DNA of 24,000 nucleotides from Mollicutes bacterium Phil14 (lineage in GTDB: Bacteria > Bacillota_I > Bacilli_A > ML615J-28 > CAG-698), in the NCBI GenBank assembly GCA_001940985.1, contig MSHB01000021.1, positions 3,644 to 27,643 on the forward strand, written 5' to 3'. Positions 1-6,497 of this stretch are shown piece after piece. The notes beneath the pieces are model-generated. The model saw only the letters and a program-made list of their open reading frames with translations, was not told the DNA's origin and did no database searches. The position numbers and the translations under genes were made by a program. Position 1 is the first letter of the stretch. Every line of letters begins with the position of its first letter.

Positions 1-9
1 ATTAAAAAA

Positions 10-579
10 ATGAAAAATTCATATAGTAAGAAAAATATTTTAACTGAAAATGAAGTTAAAGAATTATATTATAAGGTTTTTGACTTCTTGGGCATTGAAA
101 AATCAATTGAGGATGATTTGAAAAAGTTTGAAAATGAAAACTATCCTAGATTTAAAATGTTATCTTACAATATGTGTAAAGATAAAAGTTATCAAGAATT
201 AGAAAAATTATCATTAGAAGTCAATAGTTTTATTAATGGATACAAGAATTTAACTGATGCTTATGATTATGTCTGTTACAACAGTGGAAATTTGATTTTT
301 GAAATGATTGATAGCCTTGTAAAAGCAATTAAGGAAGAACCTAAAAAGTCAAAATTAAGAGTTGAAAATAGATATTTTTTTGATAATGATGTAATTATGT
401 ATTTAGATTATTTAGGATGGGTAGAACTGTTTTCTAAAATACAATATGTTAAAGAGAGAACTGATCCTTCAATATTTAAAAAAGATGATGTCAAAGAAAA
501 ATATTATCTTCTTGAAAAAAATTATTTAGTGGTATTGATATACAATGAATTTATTTCTAGAAAGGATGAGCAACAGTGA
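10..579 (+). CDS. Hypothetical protein (189 aa), no recognisable family. The reading frame is open back to base 1, so the true start may lie upstream of the window.
   Basis: Long ORF in an AT-rich genome. Its TGA stop (577-579) overlaps the GTG start of the next gene (GTGA), which suggests translational coupling. It is Lys/Glu/Tyr-rich with no motif I recognise. Confidence 0.55.
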   Translation: MKNSYSKKNILTENEVKELYYKVFDFLGIEKSIEDDLKKFENENYPRFKMLSYNMCKDKSYQELEKLSLEVNSFINGYKNLTDAYDYVCYNSGNLIFEMIDSLVKAIKEEPKKSKLRVENRYFFDNDVIMYLDYLGWVELFSKIQYVKERTDPSIFKKDDVKEKYYLLEKNYLVVLIYNEFISRKDEQQ

Positions 580-1385
580 GAGGCGATTTTCATATGCATA
601 CAACTTATTCAGATGGTTTTTTATCTGTTGATGAGTTGTTAAAAGTTGCTGAAAAAAGTGTTGATTACATAGCTATTACTGATCATGATAGTATTGATGG
701 TGCTCTTGAAGCATATCAAAAAATTGATAATTATAATTTGAAATTAGTGTTAGGCGTAGAACTATCTACTTATAACAAAAATGAGAGTGTACATATATTA
801 GGGTATTTTAAAAATGTCGATGATATGAAAAAGATTGCTGATTTTCTTAGTGAACAAAAGAAGATTCGTTCTGATAGATGCTTAGAGATTGCAAAAAGAT
901 TAAAAATGTATTATGGATTAGATCTTGATACATCAAGACTTATGAAAAGAAGTTGTGTAACAAGAGGAAGCATTGCTCACGAAATGGTTAGACAGGGAAT
1001 GCCTTATACTGTTCAAGAAATATTTGAAAAATTTATTGGCGATGATTGCAAAGCTTATATTCCTAGTAGCAAAATTTCTACTTTAGATGGAATAAAAATT
1101 TTACGAGATGCTGGAGCGATTATTGTATTAGCTCATCCTGTTAGGTTTAAAATAAATAATCCCCAAGAAATAATTGATATGGGCGTTGATGGAATGGAAG
1201 CAAGATATTCAATAAATACAAAAGCGCAAACTGAAAGATATTTAAGTTTAGCTAAAAAAAATAACTTGTTTGTTACAGCAGGAAGCGATTTTCATTACTT
1301 TAATGATAGTGAACATGGTGATATTGGCTGTGTATATATTGAAGGCGATGAACTACAAGAGTTTATTAAAAGAGTTAGAGGTTAA
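576..1385 (+). CDS. PHP-domain metal-dependent phosphoesterase (TrpH/YciV-like)
   Basis: N-terminal GDFHMHTTYSDG and ITDHDSIDG motifs are typical of the PHP (polymerase and histidinol phosphatase) fold, with later LAHP and GSDFH histidine motifs. GTG start with AAGGA about 9 nt upstream. Confidence 0.8.
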   Translation: MRGDFHMHTTYSDGFLSVDELLKVAEKSVDYIAITDHDSIDGALEAYQKIDNYNLKLVLGVELSTYNKNESVHILGYFKNVDDMKKIADFLSEQKKIRSDRCLEIAKRLKMYYGLDLDTSRLMKRSCVTRGSIAHEMVRQGMPYTVQEIFEKFIGDDCKAYIPSSKISTLDGIKILRDAGAIIVLAHPVRFKINNPQEIIDMGVDGMEARYSINTKAQTERYLSLAKKNNLFVTAGSDFHYFNDSEHGDIGCVYIEGDELQEFIKRVRG

Positions 1386-1391
1386 AATAAA

Positions 1392-2657
1392 ATGAATGTG
1401 AGAAAATTAGCATTAGAAGCAATTGTAAAAATTATTGATAAAAAAGCTTATTCAAATATAGTTGTTAATGAATATTTGAGCAAATTTGAACTAAATAGCG
1501 AAGACAGAGCTTTATTTACTAATATAGTTTATGGAACTATTCAAAATTTACTAACAATAGATTATTACTTAGAACCATACATTTCAAAGAAAAAACAAAA
1601 ATGTTGGGTAAAATGCTTACTATATTTAAGTGCTTATCAAATTATTTATTTGGATATACCAGAATATGCAATTGTTAACGAAGCTGTAGCAATAGCTAAT
1701 ATAAGGGATCGTTCAATAGGATCTTTTGTTAATGCCGTATTGAGAAATTTATTACGAAATCCATTAAGAAGTCTTGAAGGACTTGATGAGATCAATTATT
1801 TGAGTATAAAATATTCACATCCTGCATGGTTAGTTGCTTACTTTTTAAAAGATTATGATTACGAAACCGTTGAAAAAATTTTAATTGAAAATTCTAATGT
1901 TAAAGATGGTGCCATTAGAGTAAACACTTTAAAAGCTACAAAAGAAGAAGTGATGAATACACTTACAGAAGAAGGAATACCGTTTAGTGATACGGATTTG
2001 GTGAAAAATGGTTTAATAATATATAATAATATAACTCGAAATGAATTATTAACTAGTGGAAAAATAACTGTTCAAGATATATCTAGTCAAATGGTAGCTG
2101 AAGTTGCTAATCCTTTTGAAAATGCAAAGATTCTTGATTTGTGTAGTGCTCCAGGTGGTAAAGTGGCTCACTTAGCGTCGATAATGAATAATACTGGAAC
2201 AATTTTCGCATGTGATATTTATTCTCATAAGATTAAATTGATGGAGAAAAGTTTCGCACGTTTGGGTGTGAAAAATGTTAAAACTCAACTTATAGACGCT
2301 AGAAATATATCAAATTATGTTAAAGAAGAGTCTTTTGATTATTGTTTAGCAGATGCACCATGTAGTGGATTAGGTGTACTAAGTCATAAAGTTGATTTAA
2401 AGTATAATATTGATTTAAAATCTATTGAAGAAGTAGAATATCTTCAAAAAGAAATACTTGATGCTACTTGCAATCTTGTCAAACACGGTGGTTATTATAT
2501 TTATAGTACTTGTACAATAAACAAAGACGAAAATGAAAAACAAATTGCTAAATTTATTCAAAAACATCCTGAATTTGAAATCGTAGAAGAAAGAAAAATA
2601 TTGCCATTTGGATATCACATTGATGGTTTCTATATTTGCAAGATGAGGAGAAATTAA
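1392..2657 (+). CDS. rsmB: 16S rRNA (cytosine-C5)-methyltransferase RsmB/Sun
   Basis: NusB-like N-terminal region, SAM-binding DLCSAPGGK, and catalytic DAPCSGLG and YSTCT motifs. It precedes rlmN as in Bacillus. Confidence 0.9.
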   Translation: MNVRKLALEAIVKIIDKKAYSNIVVNEYLSKFELNSEDRALFTNIVYGTIQNLLTIDYYLEPYISKKKQKCWVKCLLYLSAYQIIYLDIPEYAIVNEAVAIANIRDRSIGSFVNAVLRNLLRNPLRSLEGLDEINYLSIKYSHPAWLVAYFLKDYDYETVEKILIENSNVKDGAIRVNTLKATKEEVMNTLTEEGIPFSDTDLVKNGLIIYNNITRNELLTSGKITVQDISSQMVAEVANPFENAKILDLCSAPGGKVAHLASIMNNTGTIFACDIYSHKIKLMEKSFARLGVKNVKTQLIDARNISNYVKEESFDYCLADAPCSGLGVLSHKVDLKYNIDLKSIEEVEYLQKEILDATCNLVKHGGYYIYSTCTINKDENEKQIAKFIQKHPEFEIVEERKILPFGYHIDGFYICKMRRN

Positions 2658-2659
2658 AA

Positions 2660-3706
2660 GTGGTTGAAAAGAAGAACATATATGATTATTCTAGAGAAAA
2701 ATTAGAATTGCAATTATTAGCGATTGGTGAAAAAAAATTTAGAGCTACACAAATTTTTGAAGCTATATATAAAAATAATTTGTATGATTTTGAAACTATT
2801 ACTACTTTATCAAAGGATAGTCGAAAAGAATTAGCCAAATATTTTGAGTTTTCTAATTTGATGACAAAAGACATTAAAGTTTCTGAAGATGGTACAACAA
2901 AGTTCTTGTTTGAATTGAATGATAAAAATTTAATCGAAACTGTTTTAATGCCTCATGATTATGGCGATAGTGTTTGTGTTACAACACAAGTAGGATGTAA
3001 TATGGGGTGTAAATTTTGTGCTAGTGGAACGCTGAAGAAAATTCGTAATCTAACAACAGGTGAAATAGTTATGCAAGTTGTTAATATTAATAACTACTTA
3101 CAATCTATGTCTCGTCGCGTTAGTCATGTAGTTATCATGGGAATAGGTGAACCTTTTGATAATTTCGATAATGTTATGGAATTTATAAAAATTATAAATG
3201 ATGGAAAAGGTTTAGAAATTGGTTCTAGGCATATTACTGTTTCTACATGTGGAATAGTTCCAAAGATTTATGAATTTGCTGATTTTCCTTTACAGGTTAA
3301 TCTTGCGTTAAGTCTACATTTTCCAAACAATGAAACAAGAGAAAAATATATGCCAGTAAACAAAAAATATAAATTAGAAGAATTGTTAAATGCATTAAAA
3401 TACTATTATAACAAAACTAATCGTCGTATTACGTTTGAATATATTTTGCTTAAAGATATTAATGATTCTTTAGAAATGGCAGAAGAACTTGTAAAATTGG
3501 TTTCAGGACTTAATTGTTATATAAATCTAATTCCATATAATGAAACAAATGGAATTTTTAAGAGAACATCTGTAGAAAGAAGAAATGAATTTTTTGATTA
3601 TTTAATAAAAAATGGTATTAATGCAATTGTTCGTAGAGAATATGGGCATGATATTGATGCTGCTTGTGGCCAATTGAGAGCTAAAAATATAGTGGAGAGC
3701 AAATGA
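2660..3706 (+). CDS. rlmN: 23S rRNA/tRNA adenine-C2 methyltransferase RlmN (radical SAM)
   Basis: GEKKFRATQIFEAIY N-terminus, radical-SAM CNMGCKFCASG cluster, and C-terminal DIDAACGQL. The track ORF starts at TTG 2636, but GTG 2660 has GAGGAG 9 nt upstream and lies just after the rsmB stop. Either start is possible. Confidence 0.9.
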   Translation: MVEKKNIYDYSREKLELQLLAIGEKKFRATQIFEAIYKNNLYDFETITTLSKDSRKELAKYFEFSNLMTKDIKVSEDGTTKFLFELNDKNLIETVLMPHDYGDSVCVTTQVGCNMGCKFCASGTLKKIRNLTTGEIVMQVVNINNYLQSMSRRVSHVVIMGIGEPFDNFDNVMEFIKIINDGKGLEIGSRHITVSTCGIVPKIYEFADFPLQVNLALSLHFPNNETREKYMPVNKKYKLEELLNALKYYYNKTNRRITFEYILLKDINDSLEMAEELVKLVSGLNCYINLIPYNETNGIFKRTSVERRNEFFDYLIKNGINAIVRREYGHDIDAACGQLRAKNIVESK

Positions 3707-4563
3707 AAGAAGGACAAATAATAAAATCTATTAGTGGTGAATATACAATTTTTACTGGTGAAGAAAAAATTGTTTGTAAGCCAAGAGGAATTTTTAGATA
3801 TAAAGGAATGACACCAAAGGTTGGCGATTATGTTTTAGTAAACGATGATACGAAATCTATCGTTGAAATTAAGCCAAGAAAAAATGATTTAATAAGACCA
3901 GTAATTTGCAATGTTGATAAAGCTTTTTTAGTTTTTTCTGTAAAAGAACCTGATTTGAATTTGAATCTTTTAGATAGACTTTTGGCTATTATAGAATTTA
4001 ATAATATAGAAGCAGTAATTGTCTTTACAAAACTTGACTTATTGACTGATTGTGAAAAATACACTAAGATTAGAGATTATTATGCAAGTCTTGGGTATAA
4101 AATATATGAAAGTTCTATAAGCGCATTACCAGCTGATATTGTTGATGAAGTTAAAAGTAATTTATGTGTCTTAGCAGGACAAAGCGGAGTTGGTAAAAGT
4201 ACGCTTTTAAATAATATTGATCCGAGATTGAAACTTAAAACTTCCGAAATATCACAAGCATTAGGTAGAGGAAAACACACTACAAGGCATGTTGAACTTA
4301 TAGAAATAAATTCAGGGTATTTAGCTGATACTCCTGGTTTTGGTACTGTTGATTTTTGTGATATGGAAGTTAGTGATCTTAGTCATTCTTTTATAGAGTT
4401 CTTTTCTCATTTGGGAAAGTGCAAATATTCTACGTGTTTACATATAAATGAACCTGGTTGTGAGGTTAAAAAACTTGTTGAAGATGGTGCTATTTTAAAA
4501 AGCCGTTATGATAATTATTTGTTATTTGTTAAAGAAATAAAAGATAGTAAGAAAAAATATTAA
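3703..4563 (+). CDS. rsgA: Ribosome small-subunit biogenesis GTPase RsgA (CpgA/YloQ)
   Basis: Circularly permuted GTPase: TKLDL (G4) precedes GQSGVGKSTLLN (G1) and DTPGF (G3). C-terminal zinc motif CKYSTCLHINEPGC. ATGA overlap with the rlmN stop. Confidence 0.9.
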   Translation: MKEGQIIKSISGEYTIFTGEEKIVCKPRGIFRYKGMTPKVGDYVLVNDDTKSIVEIKPRKNDLIRPVICNVDKAFLVFSVKEPDLNLNLLDRLLAIIEFNNIEAVIVFTKLDLLTDCEKYTKIRDYYASLGYKIYESSISALPADIVDEVKSNLCVLAGQSGVGKSTLLNNIDPRLKLKTSEISQALGRGKHTTRHVELIEINSGYLADTPGFGTVDFCDMEVSDLSHSFIEFFSHLGKCKYSTCLHINEPGCEVKKLVEDGAILKSRYDNYLLFVKEIKDSKKKY

Positions 4564-4580
4564 ATATATTGGAGGAAAAT

Positions 4581-5225
4581 ATGATTGTTTCACCTTCTAT
4601 TTTATCAGCTGATTTTTCTCATTTACTTGACGATGTTTTAGATGTTCAAGAAATGGGAGCTCAATATATTCACATCGATGTAATGGATGGTCATTTTGTT
4701 CCTAACATTTCTTTAGGACCTGTTGTTCTTGAATCGCTTAAAGGAAAGTGTAGTGTTATCAAAGATGTTCATTTAATGATTGATGAACCATTAAAATATG
4801 CTGAAAGTTTTAAAAAAGCTGGTGCTGATATAATTACATTTCATTATGAAGTAGTATCTGATGTAAAGTTTGCTATAAAAAAAATAAAAGAACTAGGTGT
4901 AAAAGTAGGAATAAGCATAAAACCTAAAACAGATGTTAAAGTTTTACTTCCATATTTGAACGATTTAGATTTGATTTTAATTATGTCAGTAGAACCAGGT
5001 TTTGGTGGACAAAAGTTTATGGAAAATAGTTTGCCAAAAATAAAATTTTTAGCAGAAGAAAGATGCAAACTTGGTTTGAATTATCTTATTGAAGTCGATG
5101 GAGGAATTAATCTTGAAACTGCTAAGCTTTGCAAAGATAATGGCTGCGATATTGCTGTTGCGGGGACATCTATTTTTAAAGCAAGCGATAGAAATAAAGT
5201 TGTTAAAGGTTTATTGGAATTATGA
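4581..5225 (+). CDS. rpe: Ribulose-phosphate 3-epimerase
   Basis: MIVSPSILSADF start, plus HIDVMDGHFVPN, MSVEPGFGGQKF and VDGGIN motifs. GGAGG sits 6 nt upstream of ATG 4581. The track start at TTG 4569 lies inside that RBS. Confidence 0.9.
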   Translation: MIVSPSILSADFSHLLDDVLDVQEMGAQYIHIDVMDGHFVPNISLGPVVLESLKGKCSVIKDVHLMIDEPLKYAESFKKAGADIITFHYEVVSDVKFAIKKIKELGVKVGISIKPKTDVKVLLPYLNDLDLILIMSVEPGFGGQKFMENSLPKIKFLAEERCKLGLNYLIEVDGGINLETAKLCKDNGCDIAVAGTSIFKASDRNKVVKGLLEL

Positions 5226-5848
5226 TAATTAAGATTGTGTGTGCTGGTCAAAATGATTTTTCTAGTCTATATAAAAAAGATGATAATGAGTTTATTATTG
5301 CAGTTGACGGAGGAATAAAAGCAGTAAAAGAAAAAAAACTTATTGCTGATCTGTTAATTGGAGACTTTGATTCTTGCAGTTTGAGTGAAGATGAATACAG
5401 AAATAACTATTTAAAAAAGATGACTTTTAATGCGAGAAAAGATTATAGTGATTTAGAATTAGCATTACAAGAGTGTGAAAAAAATAGTCATGATGATGTA
5501 GATGAAATTCTAATATATAATGCTACTGGTATTAGACTGGATCATTTTTATGCTAATATTTTGTTGTTAGAAAAATATAGTAATTTAAAAGCAAAAATAA
5601 TAGATAAAAATAATTGCATTTTTATAATTAACAAAAATGAAAACTTTTTTAAAAATGAATATAAGTATATATCATTTTTTGCGTTAGAAAGTGATACTAT
5701 AATATCATTAAATGGTTTTTCTTATGATTTGTCTGATTATAATCTTAATATTAATGACCCATTATGTTTAAGTAATGAAATACTAAAAAATAGTATTGCC
5801 ACTATTAAGATTAACAACAAAAAAGTTTTAGTAATACGTTCTAATTAA
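5222..5848 (+). CDS. thiN: Thiamine pyrophosphokinase
   Basis: AVDGG and IGDFDS motifs of the TPK catalytic domain, about 208 aa. Position after rpe matches B. subtilis yloS/thiN. ATGA overlap with the rpe stop. Confidence 0.75.
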   Translation: MIIKIVCAGQNDFSSLYKKDDNEFIIAVDGGIKAVKEKKLIADLLIGDFDSCSLSEDEYRNNYLKKMTFNARKDYSDLELALQECEKNSHDDVDEILIYNATGIRLDHFYANILLLEKYSNLKAKIIDKNNCIFIINKNENFFKNEYKYISFFALESDTIISLNGFSYDLSDYNLNINDPLCLSNEILKNSIATIKINNKKVLVIRSN

Positions 5849-5875
5849 CATAAAAAAAGAACCCCTGCATATAAT
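5848..5875 (+). promoter_or_regulatory. Possible sigma-E-type (mother-cell) promoter for the spoVM-like ORF
   Basis: CATATAAT at 5868-5875 resembles my recollection of the sigma-E -10 consensus (CATACA-T). An ACATAAA element lies 13 nt upstream. Spacing and consensus are recalled from memory, so the support is weak. Confidence 0.25.
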
Positions 5876-5895
5876 TAAAGTGTAGTGAGGGATTC

Positions 5896-5979
5896 TATGA
5901 AGTTTTATGTAATAAAGTTACCAAAATTCTTATCTTTTATAATTTCTAAAATAGTTAAAGTATTTAAAAAGAATGGTTA
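5896..5979 (+). CDS. spoVM: SpoVM-like 27-aa sporulation peptide (MKFYVIKLPKFLSFIISKIVKVFKKNG), absent from the ORF track
   Basis: The first 12 residues, MKFYVIKLPKFL, match B. subtilis SpoVM (MKFYTIKLPKFLGGIVRAMLGSFRKD) at 11 of 12 positions, including Pro9. GAGGGA RBS lies 5-10 nt upstream. It sits between the TPK gene and rpmB exactly as in B. subtilis and is followed by a terminator. Confidence 0.75.
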
Positions 5980-5982
5980 AAA

Positions 5983-6009
5983 TAAAAAAAGGCTTATACG
6001 CCTTTTTTT
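5983..6009. terminator. Bidirectional intrinsic terminator between spoVM-like ORF (+) and rpmB (-)
   Basis: AAAAAAAGGC-ttatac-GCCTTTTTTT. A short GC-containing stem is flanked by an A-run and a T-run, so it reads as hairpin plus U-tract on both strands. Confidence 0.6.
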
Positions 6010-6014
6010 ATTAA

Positions 6015-6206
6015 TTAAGCGCGTTCAACAAGTCCACTTCTTAATGCACGTGTAGATACATATACGCGTTTAACTTTTCCATCTTCATCTTTAATTCTAA
6101 CTTTTTGAAGGTTAGCTTTCCATGTTCTTTTAGAAGCACGTAGTGAGTGAGGACGGTTATTACCAGTTACAGTTCCTAAACCAGTTACATAGCATTTACG
6201 AGCCAT
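6015..6206 (-). CDS. rpmB: 50S ribosomal protein L28
   Basis: MARKCYVTG...[24 protein letters not shown] is the canonical L28 sequence pattern. GGAGG RBS upstream (revcomp of cctcc at 6221-6225). Confidence 0.95.
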   Translation of the reverse strand: MARKCYVTGLGTVTGNNRPHSLRASKRTWKANLQKVRIKDEDGKVKRVYVSTRALRSGLVERA

Positions 6207-6249
6207 AGTTGTATACCTCCATTTAATATTCTAAACTTTTACCTTGACT

Positions 6250-6278
6250 ATTATAACACAAACAAAGTTAAAATGCAA
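6250..6278 (-). promoter_or_regulatory. Sigma-A-type promoter for rpmB
   Basis: Read on the minus strand: TTGCAT (6278-6273), a 17-nt spacer, then TATAAT (6255-6250), with TG at the extended -10 position (gTGtTATAAT). Confidence 0.5.
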
Positions 6279-6321
6279 GTAAAAAAAATTTTTAGTAAAA
6301 AAAGTTTTTTTATTGTATACT

Positions 6322-6358
6322 AAAAAAAGAAATCTTACATTTAGTGTAAGATTTTACA
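6322..6358. terminator. Orphan terminator-like hairpin in the rpmB/fakA divergent intergenic region
   Basis: Perfect 10-bp inverted repeat AAATCTTACA (6330-6339) / TGTAAGATTT (6345-6354) with a 5-nt loop. A7 lies upstream on the + strand, which reads as C-T7 downstream on the minus strand. No annotated gene ends here on either strand. Confidence 0.4.
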
Positions 6359-6400
6359 TCAAAATAATAATAATTCAAAGGTTTAAGACAGGTTTTTTTC

Positions 6401-6429
6401 TTGATTAAAAGGTGTTTTTATGATATAAT
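6401..6429 (+). promoter_or_regulatory. Sigma-A-type promoter for fakA(yloV)-recG
   Basis: TTGATT (6401-6406), a 17-nt spacer, then TATAAT (6424-6429). This lies about 70 nt upstream of the fakA ATG. Confidence 0.55.
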
Positions 6430-6497
6430 CTATATAGTTATCGTTTTACAATATTTGAAAGATTATACATATAAATATAGATTTGGAGGCATTGTTA

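Noticed and set aside
6244-6275. Plus-strand promoter-like TTGACT followed about 18 nt later by TTAAAAT in the rpmB upstream region
   Set aside because: It overlaps the much better minus-strand rpmB promoter (TTGCAT-17-TATAAT), and the TTGACT is largely the complement of sequence flanking that -10. No plus-strand gene follows. It is probably a coincidental mirror signal in AT-rich DNA.
6273-6323. 16-codon plus-strand ORF (MQVKKIFSKKSFFIVY) in the rpmB-fakA spacer
   Set aside because: It has no Shine-Dalgarno sequence, is homopolymer-rich, and overlaps the rpmB promoter. Nothing supports translation.
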